From a virus (taxonomy: Duplodnaviria > Caudoviricetes): a DNA stretch of 64,000 nucleotides. The stretch covers positions 96-64,095 of IMG/VR virus record IMGVR_UViG_3300044682_000021. The stretch is one strand, 5' to 3'. Under the pieces are notes generated by a model. That model was not told the origin of the DNA and did not search any database. It saw only the letters and a list, made by a program, of their open reading frames with translations. Shown here in pieces: positions 55,855-64,000 of the stretch. Both the position numbers and the translations under genes were made by a program. How positions within the stretch are numbered: position 1 is the stretch's first letter; the number at the start of each line of letters is the position of its first letter.

Positions 55855-57357
55855 ATGCCGCATGGATTCCCTATCGACGCTGCTGTGCCCGATTCACCAC
55901 GTCCCCCTGACGCTGCGAACGCTGGTACTGGGATCGTTCGGCCTGCTGCCGGAGGACCGACGCCGCTACGAATGGTGGCAATGCCTGACGGAGATACCGA
56001 ACGTGTCGCCGCAGGCACAGAAGCCGTCGAGGAGGTGCCAATACTGCTTGCCGAGGACGGCGGCGAGTCCGCCGGCATTCCCGGCGAATCTGGCGGTGAC
56101 ACTGCATTCCCATGTGAGTTCATTTGCGGAGTTGCAGGGAGCGGCAAAACCCACACCGTCCGCGAAGCCATCGTCGCTGATCCATCGTGGGGCCTCCTCT
56201 GTGCTACGACCGGGATCGCGGCCATCAACCTCGGGGCGGTGACCCTGAACTCTACGCTTGGCTACTTCGACACCGACAGCCTCCGCGACGCCTACCTATC
56301 CGGCCAACTGGTACGCAAGCTCAAGGCCATCCGCGAGGACTACCGCCGACTGGCGATCGACGAAGTGTCGATGATGGACGGCGACCAGCTCGGCATCCTG
56401 GTCCGCGCCACGCGGGTGGCCAACTCGTTCAAGTCCGCCACGGGCGCGCCGCCCTTGGGATTGTGCCTCGTGGGCGACTTCGCCCAGTTGCCGCCCGTCC
56501 GCGCCCGATGGGCGTTCGAGTCCGACGAATGGCGGCGCTTCGATGAGCATACTACCCGGCTCACGAAGGTGTGGCGGCAGGGGCTGGGGCCGTTCCTCGA
56601 CGCGCTCAACTTTGCCCGCAGTGGGGACGGTGGCCAAGCCGCCGCGTTGTTGTCCGAGTCCGGCCTTGAATGGCACACTGGCTTGGACATCAACTTTGAT
56701 GGCACAACCATCGTCCCCAAGAACGACGCCGTGGACCGATATAACGGGATGGCCCTCGACCGCCTGCCGGGGCCGACGTTCACTCTCGCTTCCCGCCGCT
56801 GGGGCAAGCAGCGCGGCGACTGGAAGCAGGTGCCGGAGGGGGTCAAGTTGAAGCGCGGGGCCTATGTCATGCTGCTGGCGAACGCCTACGACGATGAGGG
56901 GCGTATGGAGTACGCGAACGGGGATTGCGGGCACGTAATCGAGCAGACGCCAGGAGGATTGTGTGTGGAACTCGTTCGTAATGGTGCGGTCGTGGGAGTC
57001 GAGCGCGTCTGCCGCGACGTGGGCCACAAGGGCAAGCCCACCGGCTGGGACGGCGTAACCGGACACGGCGAGTGGCTCCCGCGACCGCACTGGATGCCCG
57101 ACAAGCGGCGCTACGTCGAGGGCCAGTGCGAGTTCTTCCCGGTGCGACTGGCGTATGCGAGCACGGTACACAAGTCGCAAGGGCTGAGTTTGGATCGCCT
57201 CCAAGTCGATGTGCGGGACCATTTCTTCTCCAGTTACGGGATGATCTATGTTGCGATGTCACGGGCCAGAACGTTGGAGGGACTGCGGATCGTGGGGCAG
57301 AAGGAACGATTTATAACTCAGTGTAAATGTGATCCGAGGGTACGACGATGGCTGTAG
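55855..57357 (+). CDS. Pif1/RecD-like SF1B helicase
   Basis: GVAGSGKT, TTGIAA, IDEVSM, GDFAQLPPV, WRQ, LAYASTVHKSQG, YVAMSR. Confidence 0.93.
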   Translation: MPHGFPIDAAVPDSPRPPDAANAGTGIVRPAAGGPTPLRMVAMPDGDTERVAAGTEAVEEVPILLAEDGGESAGIPGESGGDTAFPCEFICGVAGSGKTHTVREAIVADPSWGLLCATTGIAAINLGAVTLNSTLGYFDTDSLRDAYLSGQLVRKLKAIREDYRRLAIDEVSMMDGDQLGILVRATRVANSFKSATGAPPLGLCLVGDFAQLPPVRARWAFESDEWRRFDEHTTRLTKVWRQGLGPFLDALNFARSGDGGQAAALLSESGLEWHTGLDINFDGTTIVPKNDAVDRYNGMALDRLPGPTFTLASRRWGKQRGDWKQVPEGVKLKRGAYVMLLANAYDDEGRMEYANGDCGHVIEQTPGGLCVELVRNGAVVGVERVCRDVGHKGKPTGWDGVTGHGEWLPRPHWMPDKRRYVEGQCEFFPVRLAYASTVHKSQGLSLDRLQVDVRDHFFSSYGMIYVAMSRARTLEGLRIVGQKERFITQCKCDPRVRRWL

Positions 57358-57554
57358 ACGACAGCAGCAAGCCGCCCGTGATAATGACCGAGTGGGGCCC
57401 GGTAACCGAGTCCGCGCGCAAGCAAGCGGCGTTGAACATCGCCCGCAACCCTGCGCTGCGCGACCGCATGTTCGCCCAGTTCGGCGAGGCCAAGGTGCGG
57501 GCGCAGTACCCGGAAGCGTTTGAGGAGGGCGAGAGCGATGCCAAGGCCGATTGA
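57348..57554 (+). CDS. Hypothetical protein
   Basis: Overlaps the helicase stop; GC3-biased. Confidence 0.55.
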   Translation: MAVDDSSKPPVIMTEWGPVTESARKQAALNIARNPALRDRMFAQFGEAKVRAQYPEAFEEGESDAKAD

Positions 57555-57819
57555 AAAGGTGGACGTGCCTGTCGGCTCCGTGGAGTACAAGATCGTCTAC
57601 ATCGACAAGCTGTTGGTGTCGGCGGGATTTGCCGCCTCTCGCTCCGAGGCCATGCGGCTGGTCAAGGCGGGCGCGGTGACGATCAAGGACGGCGATCTGG
57701 GGTGGGAGGGGCGCGACGTGTGGGGTTGGGGACCGCCGAACCAAGCGTTGATGCCGTTCGGCAGGGTGTTCCAGATGCGGGTGGGAAGGATGCACAAGGG
57801 GGTAAGGATTCGTGCGTAG
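57538..57819 (+). CDS. Stand-alone S4 RNA-binding domain (TyrRS C-terminal-like)
   Basis: IDKLLVSAGFAASRSEAMRLVKAGAVTI...MRVGR. Confidence 0.8.
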   Translation: MPRPIEKVDVPVGSVEYKIVYIDKLLVSAGFAASRSEAMRLVKAGAVTIKDGDLGWEGRDVWGWGPPNQALMPFGRVFQMRVGRMHKGVRIRA

Positions 57820-57840
57820 CAAGCCCTCTGGAGGACGGCG

Positions 57841-58047
57841 ATGGCCTATCACACACTAACGACTGAAAGCGGCGGCGACGAGCGCTCGCGTATTGAGGAG
57901 GCACACACTATCGTGCGTCTGCTTGAGGAAGTGACCGAGGAGATGACGCCGAAGGAGCGCGAGTTCGTCGAACAGATGGCGGACTGCGACTACTGCACCA
58001 CGAAGCAGGTGTTCTGGCTGCGTGACATCAAGGATAAGTATCTATGA
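57841..58047 (+). CDS. Hypothetical protein
   Basis: GGAGG RBS; ATGA coupling to the polymerase. Confidence 0.6.
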   Translation: MAYHTLTTESGGDERSRIEEAHTIVRLLEEVTEEMTPKEREFVEQMADCDYCTTKQVFWLRDIKDKYL

Positions 58048-60995
58048 GAGCCAAGCCTTCCAGTTGCGACGGCTGCCAGTTGCAGCACCGAGGCACCGAC
58101 TTCTCTCAGGTCGAGGGGACCGGATCGCTCGGCGTAATGATCGTGGCGGAAGCGAGTGGCGAGATGGAAGCCCGCGACCAACTGCCGCTGCGTCCCTACG
58201 CCCCCGCCGGGTCGCTGCTGGAGCGGACATTCCGACGGATAGGTTACTCGCGGCAACAATTCTCACTGACCAACACCCTCCGCTGCCGCCCGCCGAATAA
58301 TTGGCTCTCGGGCGCGCCGTGGGAGTTCTCCGCCCTCAACCATTGCCGCCCCAACCTCGACGCCGCCATCGGCGACCGCCGGCCGCGCGCGATCCTGGCG
58401 CTGGGTGACACCGCGCTGCGGGAACTGACGGGGGAGGCAGGGGAGGCGAGGGGCGTGTCGCATCTGGCGGGGTACGTGTTGCCGACTACCTCCGTGCGTG
58501 AGCCTTGCACGAACTGTATCAGCTACGAATCGGAAATGAAGGACGCATCTTGCAGCGCGTGTCGCGGGAGTGGATTAGTGCAGAATGGGGGGACGGGCAG
58601 CATCCCCGTGATCCCCACCTTCCACCCCGCGTTCATCCGCCGCGGCAAGGCATCCCTGCAAGGCTTGTTCGCCCGCAACCTGCAACGCGCGGTGAACGTG
58701 GCAGCGGGGCGGGACAGAGAGTGGGAGTGGGACTTAGAGGAGGCACAACGCAATGGACGCATCAGATATCAGGTACATCCTAGCCTTGACGAGGCGCGAT
58801 CATTTGTTACGCGAGTTAGAGGAAATTCGGGATTCACTCTCAGTTACGACATCGAGACTTTCGAGAGCGCGAGTCTTGATGAGGACGCTAGAGACGGATT
58901 TACTGATACTAGAATCCGGCTCATCCAGTTCTCAGTCGAAGGAGGCTCTGGAATCGCTCTACCTTGGGACGGCGATTATCGAAGAGTTGCTCAAGAGCTA
59001 CTCCTCCTCCCAAACACTAAATGCGGCCACAACCTCTGGCTCTTCGACAACCGCGTCCTCGAAGCCTGCGGGGCCCGCGAGGGACTAGACCTCCGCCCCC
59101 GCGGCCCGATCCACGACACCCTCGCCATGTTCCACCACTGGCAGCCGGACCTCCCGGCCCACCTCCAGTTCGCGGCACAGTTCGTGTCGTTCCCGTTCCC
59201 GTGGAAGCACCTGGCGGCGACGGATCTGGAATTCTACGGCTGCGTGGACGTGGATGCGACGCTGCGGCTGTACACGTTCTTACGGGCACAATTAGAAAGG
59301 GATGGTATATGGGACGACCAAAGCTACATGAACACACTTGCCCCTTCTGTAAGCAGCCTTGGACACACAACAACAGCGCATGTACCGACGGAGAGTATCG
59401 AGCCTGCCGATTCTGCAAAGACGCTTATCACCTACAAGAGCGTTCGAGGGTACGTCGGGCAAGTGGCTGAAGTGAGGCCGATCCTCGCGGCGATGGAACG
59501 CCGTGGATTGCCAGTGGACGACGCCGAGCGGCTGAAGCTGGACGGGGAGTTTGACTTGGCGCAACAGGAACTCGACGCCCAGTTGCAGGCCCGTGTCCCT
59601 GCCGAGGTGCTGGGACTGGAGCCGCGACGGGGGAAGAAAGGGAACTATGACTATGGCTACCTTAAAACGCCGAAAGATACTGACGGTCTCGTATTGCGGA
59701 CCTTTACCATCGCCGCGATTGATGAAAGCACTCAGGAGCCTTGCACGCGCAGCGTCGAACGCTATTGCCGCATCGTTCCATTCAACGCCAATTCAGGTCA
59801 GCAGTTGCTGCGGTACATGGACGCAAGAAAGCATAAAAGGCCGAAGTCACGTGAGCAAGACGACGAGGGGAACGACAAAGACACGACAGGCAAGAAAGAG
59901 TTAGTGCGGCTGGCTCATCGGAGCGGCGACGACTTCTACTTGAAGGTGATCGAGTACCGGGAACTCAGCAAGATGCGCGGGACGTATATCGAGGGATTCG
60001 TGCCACACACGGACGGTCGCGTCCACACGACGTTCACGTTCGACACTGGCATCGGCCAACTATCGTCGCGTAATCCCAACATCCAGAATTATCCGAAGCA
60101 TGGGCGACTGGCGAAAGCGGTACGCAAGATGATCGCGGCCAAGCCAGGCCATGTCCTCACCGAATGGGATTATAAGTCCTGCCACGTTCTCACTCTCGGC
60201 TTCCTCGCAGAAGACGCCAATTACATCCGTTGCGCCCGCATCGACATGCACTCCATTGTCACGGGGCATAAGCTCGGCCTGTGGCACGCCATCCAACTCC
60301 TGCGCGACTACGATGACGCGGCCATCCGCGCCAAGTGCAAATGGCTGAAGTCGAACGCCGAGTGGAAGCACATCCGCGACGCCCGCATGAAGCACGCCAT
60401 CCTCGGCATCGGCAACGGCCTGAAGGCGCGCGGGCTGTACGAGAAGCACATGGAGGACTTCTCGTCGCAGAAGGAGGCGCAGTCGTTCCTCGATGTGGTG
60501 GAGGAACTGTTCCCCAAAGTGTTCGCGTGGCACAAGATGGTGCAGCAGAAGGCCCATGACCAGCAATGGCTGAAGACACAGTACGGCCACATGCGGCGGT
60601 TCTACGAAGTGTTCGTGTGGAACTACAAGAAGGCTGCGTATGGCCACGGCGATCAGGCGGAGGAGGCTATCTCCTACTGGCTGTCCAACATCGCGTTCGG
60701 TTACATCCGCGAGCACATGAAGCTCTTGGAGGCGGCAGGACTCAACGAGAAGTACGGCCTGTGCAACAACGTCCACGACTCGCTGATGTTCCACTTCCCT
60801 GCCGCCATGCTGGACGAGCACGTGCGGGAGGTATACCCGCTGCTGGTCACGCCGTCGAAGGTGCTCACCCACCCGACGATATGCCCCGAGGGGCTGTGGA
60901 TCGACGCGGAGGCGAACGCGGGGCCGAACTGGGCGGAGATGGAGGAAGTGGCGATACCAAAGGAGGCTCACCTTGAAGCTACGCCAGTATCGTAA
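58044..60995 (+). CDS. Family A DNA polymerase with N-terminal family-4 UDG-like domain and 3'-5' exonuclease
   Basis: VAEASG, RCRPP, HPAF (UDG); YDIET, HN..FD, YGCVD (exonuclease); GQLSSRNPNIQN, DY, DMH, HD (polymerase). Confidence 0.93.
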   Translation: MRAKPSSCDGCQLQHRGTDFSQVEGTGSLGVMIVAEASGEMEARDQLPLRPYAPAGSLLERTFRRIGYSRQQFSLTNTLRCRPPNNWLSGAPWEFSALNHCRPNLDAAIGDRRPRAILALGDTALRELTGEAGEARGVSHLAGYVLPTTSVREPCTNCISYESEMKDASCSACRGSGLVQNGGTGSIPVIPTFHPAFIRRGKASLQGLFARNLQRAVNVAAGRDREWEWDLEEAQRNGRIRYQVHPSLDEARSFVTRVRGNSGFTLSYDIETFESASLDEDARDGFTDTRIRLIQFSVEGGSGIALPWDGDYRRVAQELLLLPNTKCGHNLWLFDNRVLEACGAREGLDLRPRGPIHDTLAMFHHWQPDLPAHLQFAAQFVSFPFPWKHLAATDLEFYGCVDVDATLRLYTFLRAQLERDGIWDDQSYMNTLAPSVSSLGHTTTAHVPTESIEPADSAKTLITYKSVRGYVGQVAEVRPILAAMERRGLPVDDAERLKLDGEFDLAQQELDAQLQARVPAEVLGLEPRRGKKGNYDYGYLKTPKDTDGLVLRTFTIAAIDESTQEPCTRSVERYCRIVPFNANSGQQLLRYMDARKHKRPKSREQDDEGNDKDTTGKKELVRLAHRSGDDFYLKVIEYRELSKMRGTYIEGFVPHTDGRVHTTFTFDTGIGQLSSRNPNIQNYPKHGRLAKAVRKMIAAKPGHVLTEWDYKSCHVLTLGFLAEDANYIRCARIDMHSIVTGHKLGLWHAIQLLRDYDDAAIRAKCKWLKSNAEWKHIRDARMKHAILGIGNGLKARGLYEKHMEDFSSQKEAQSFLDVVEELFPKVFAWHKMVQQKAHDQQWLKTQYGHMRRFYEVFVWNYKKAAYGHGDQAEEAISYWLSNIAFGYIREHMKLLEAAGLNEKYGLCNNVHDSLMFHFPAAMLDEHVREVYPLLVTPSKVLTHPTICPEGLWIDAEANAGPNWAEMEEVAIPKEAHLEATPVS

Positions 60996-62056
60996 CTCGG
61001 ACGGCTCGACGGAGGTTGTGGTTGAGGGGACGAACGCTCGCCTTCGGGCGCTGCTCGGGGCAGATATCGTCCCAGCTCGCCGATTCCGTGCGACGGTTCA
61101 TCCCGATAGCACGCCGCTTGCCACGGACACGGCCCTCCCGCCAGCGGATCGCACGCCGACCGCGCCATCGGCATCACCATCGCCTGCGTCCCTGCCACCG
61201 ATGCCATTTCCCTGGCCAGCAGAGCGACTTCATCACGTACTCGACGTAGATGCGACGGGGCAGGTAGCGAAATGGATATGTGATGAAGGAGGGCGGGGGT
61301 AACGTGATCGTCGTCCATCAGGTCGCACCATTCGTCGGGATCTGGCTTCGTCTGGTCCGCATACCACAAGGGCGTCCACTTGTCGCCGCTCAACTTGCGC
61401 CATCCGCCCTTGCCGTCGGGCCGCTGGAACCGGAACATCCCCGCGATGCACGGGTGCCGCCAGCAGCGCGCCCACGGCGAATGCCGCCGGCCCGCCACCT
61501 GCCGTCCGATCTCCACGACGTGCAGGTCCATTGGCAGCTCACAGAAGGCCATGTCCGCGATGGTGTGCCACGAGTGGGCCTCGCGGGCGAGGTCGGCGTC
61601 GGACCAGGAGTCGATGGTGAGGTAGCGGTGGAGGCGGGTGATGGAAGAATAGGAGAGAGGCTGATATGACAGATACTCAGACTGTAACGTTGTTGTGTGA
61701 GGGGATGTATCTAGAGGCGCTATTGGGGGTAATTTTTGGAGCTTGGGCAATGTGGTACGCGACAGGGCCGTTAAGACGACTCCTAGCATCCCGCACCAGT
61801 CCTGCGCCACCGTCCACGGATCTCCCGCCGTCACGTCCAGCCCCGGATTCGCTGCCTGCGCCAGAAAGCGAGTTCGAGCGCTGGACACGACAGTGGCAGG
61901 AGCGGCCCCCGACGATAATTGGAGTAGACCTTGGCGCAAGCACGAGTCGAATAGGGATTTTGGTCGGCGACGAGCAACCTGCCACGTCCGCTCCAGAATC
62001 CAGCGGCGGCGGCACGTCTGCCACTGGCGAAGATCGGAGGCGGTGAATGTTGTCAC
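60968..62056 (-). CDS. Second Cas4/PD-(D/E)XK-like protein; catalytic motifs appear eroded
   Basis: ASDLRQWQTCRRRW and C....GGPCPWQAACY; GTGA coupling to the upstream ejection-type gene. Confidence 0.7.
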   Translation of the reverse strand: MTTFTASDLRQWQTCRRRWILERTWQVARRRPKSLFDSCLRQGLLQLSSGAAPATVVSSARTRFLAQAANPGLDVTAGDPWTVAQDWCGMLGVVLTALSRTTLPKLQKLPPIAPLDTSPHTTTLQSEYLSYQPLSYSSITRLHRYLTIDSWSDADLAREAHSWHTIADMAFCELPMDLHVVEIGRQVAGRRHSPWARCWRHPCIAGMFRFQRPDGKGGWRKLSGDKWTPLWYADQTKPDPDEWCDLMDDDHVTPALLHHISISLPAPSHLRRVRDEVALLAREMASVAGTQAMVMPMARSACDPLAGGPCPWQAACYRDEPSHGIGELGRYLPRAAPEGERSSPQPQPPSSRPSYDTGVASR

Positions 62057-63504
62057 TGCTCCTGTGGCCCCTCGTCCTCGTCGCTGCCTGGGGGCGGTGG
62101 CACGGTAGCCGGACGGCCCTGCGGCGTGGCGGACTGCGTGATCGACGACACTGGCAGGCTAAGTATCGCGGCTCGCCGTGCGGTCGCGGCTGAGGTAGGG
62201 CCGAACGCGGACTTAGTAGCGGCGTTGGCGTGCGACAGCGGCCCTTTCTTCAGCAACTCCGTGATATGCGCGCGTGGCGTAACCCCACCCGCGTGGGCGC
62301 TGGCGCTCACACCCGCCTTCTCGCTCAAGGGTGCGCCGGATCGCTTGGCTTGCGTCGCCTCCAGCCTCTCTACGTGATCCTTGAACTTGCCCTGCATCTC
62401 TAGCACGCTGGATTGCTTCCGCTTCAACTCGCGGTATCCCTGCCCCGGATGCTGCCGCTCCATCTCATCGTACAACACGTCGCGGCTCGCTTCCGCCACT
62501 GTCTCGTCGATCATGGTATCCGAGTTGGCGCGCATGGCCGCCATCTGACCCGTGGCGCTCTTGTTGTGGAACGCCTGCGTGTTGGCGTTGCGGAACATGC
62601 GCTCGCGGTTCAGCTCCTGCATCGTCCATGGCTTGCGGTACTCGGTTGCTGCCTTAGTCAGCTTCTTGGCGATGGCGCGGCCTTCGGCGGTGGGCGGCAT
62701 GGTGCGTGCCTTGGCCTCTAGCGCGTCCGCGATCTGGTCGGGCACGAATGATCCCTTGGTCGTGTACAATCCCTTGTTGAACTCGCGCTCATAACCTTTC
62801 ATCGTCCTATCGACTAAAGTCTGTAACTCACCGACCGTCTGCGGCTTGCCTGCCTTCTCCGCCGCCGCCACAAGGTCCGGCATGATGTGATCGAGTGGGC
62901 GGATCGACTCCGCTCCTGTGGCGTAGGCCAGCTTGTTCAGCCGCGTCTCAGGGCTGACCTCGCGGCCTGTCTTGCCACCGACGATCAGCGATAGCGCATC
63001 GAACGCGCCCTCGCCCAACGCCTCTTTATAGCGTCCTTCGTCGCTCAACTTGTTCACGTTCGTCACAGGTCCGGTCGCAAAAGGATCGGCCATCGACGCT
63101 GCCGTAACTCCAGCGCGCGCATACGCCAGTCCTTTCTGCGTTGCATCGCCCTTGATGCTCTGCGCGGCCTTGTATTGCTCCTTCGTCTGACTGGTGGCTT
63201 GTTTCTCGCCTTCATAGACTCCCTTGGCTAGCCGATGCTCAACCAGCGCGGGCCGCTCGAACGCAGTGGGGAACTCCTTCTGCTCCTCGCCTGTAGGAGG
63301 ATCAGTAACGGTCTTGTAGATCCCCTTGACGGTATCCCGTCCACGCCGGAAGAACGCGCTGACGCTGGAATCCGGCTGATCCACGGACCCCTGCGGTACG
63401 GTGATCCCAGTCGCGGAATTCGTCTCAAGGTTGCCGACGGGAGTCCATCCTTCGGGCGCGGCAGGCTCGACCGGAGTCCAGCCGTTATTGTCCTGTGGGG
63501 GCAT
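62053..63504 (-). CDS. Putative internal virion/ejection protein
   Basis: GWTPV repeats at the N-terminus; helical and Ala/Lys-rich; last gene of the structural run. Confidence 0.6.
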   Translation of the reverse strand: MPPQDNNGWTPVEPAAPEGWTPVGNLETNSATGITVPQGSVDQPDSSVSAFFRRGRDTVKGIYKTVTDPPTGEEQKEFPTAFERPALVEHRLAKGVYEGEKQATSQTKEQYKAAQSIKGDATQKGLAYARAGVTAASMADPFATGPVTNVNKLSDEGRYKEALGEGAFDALSLIVGGKTGREVSPETRLNKLAYATGAESIRPLDHIMPDLVAAAEKAGKPQTVGELQTLVDRTMKGYEREFNKGLYTTKGSFVPDQIADALEAKARTMPPTAEGRAIAKKLTKAATEYRKPWTMQELNRERMFRNANTQAFHNKSATGQMAAMRANSDTMIDETVAEASRDVLYDEMERQHPGQGYRELKRKQSSVLEMQGKFKDHVERLEATQAKRSGAPLSEKAGVSASAHAGGVTPRAHITELLKKGPLSHANAATKSAFGPTSAATARRAAILSLPVSSITQSATPQGRPATVPPPPGSDEDEGPQEQ

Positions 63505-63914
63505 TGGTTAGCTTCCATCCTTGCGGCAGTGGTGTACCCTTCTTGGCCTTGTGAACGACACCTCTAAGATCAGTGGCGTAGATAGTGTCGCTGTCACCAC
63601 CTGTAGGCGGCGGGGTCACTTTGCCACGCGGATCGGAGGAGGGCGCGGCTGCGGGTTGCAGCAACGGATTCCGCTTCGCCACTACGTTCGTCTCCTGCAC
63701 GAAGTTGTTAATGCGCCGCCCGGCTTCCTTGCGGTTGGTGACCGGGCCAGGCGTCGGCAGCTCACCGCGAAGCGTGTTGAACGACCACTGCGCCGAGGCT
63801 GCTCCGGTCGCAGCGCGCATACCACCGATGGTACCCAACACGCGATAATAATCTGCCACGAACCGTTGCTCGACGGGACTGAGCCCACGCGACGCTTCGG
63901 CCAGCGCACCCTGC
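63485..63914 (-). CDS. 3' part of the junction-spanning 593-aa protein that starts at 1352
   Basis: In frame with 1352-1 across the overlap. Confidence 0.8.
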
Positions 63915-64000
63915 TGCAATGCGATCACAGCCTGCGGCAGGCCGACGTACCATTCTGCCGCCGCCCATGCGCCTTGGCCTGCTACCGTCTTGGCCTCGTT
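63915..64000. repeat. Terminal overlap identical to 1-86
   Basis: Exact match. Confidence 0.97.

Noticed and set aside
58044-60995. Inteins or introns in polymerase, helicase or terminase
   Set aside because: Inserts are only about 35-45 aa and lack intein C/S...HN ends; the reading frames are continuous.
63915-64000. Biological direct terminal repeat
   Set aside because: It lies mid-gene and runs to the window edge, as expected for assembler overlap of a circular contig.

Overview
The window is essentially one complete, circularly permuted GC-rich dsDNA tailed-phage genome. Bases 63915-64000 repeat bases 1-86, giving a unit length of about 63,914 bp, and one gene runs across the junction. 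The leftward arm (about 41.5 kb down to 1, continuing 64.0 down to 61.0 kb) carries accessory genes, a C5 methyltransferase, terminase, portal, scaffold, capsid, adaptors, fibre/spike-like proteins, a lysis block, a nozzle-like protein, a glycosyltransferase, a GNAT and ejection-type proteins. No tape measure or sheath is seen, so the layout is podovirus-like. The rightward arm (about 42-61 kb) carries small mosaic early genes, an IS1595 remnant, a Cas4-like nuclease, a Sak4-like ATPase, an SSB-like protein, a Pif1/RecD helicase and a UDG-fused family A polymerase. No integrase, primase or CRISPR array was recognised. The domain style of the large surface proteins suggests an Acidobacteria-type host (inference). 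Best leads: (1) a translationally coupled run of Cys-rich spike/adhesin genes that all begin with Sec-type signal peptides; (2) a deviant tRNA(CAT) followed directly by a 269-nt structured RNA with tRNA-like ends, plus a stand-alone TyrRS-type S4 domain nearby; (3) a PolA with a rewired nucleotide-selection pocket in a genome with no visible primase; (4) several overlapping or antisense ORFs. All assignments are by-eye motif recognition; no database searches were run.
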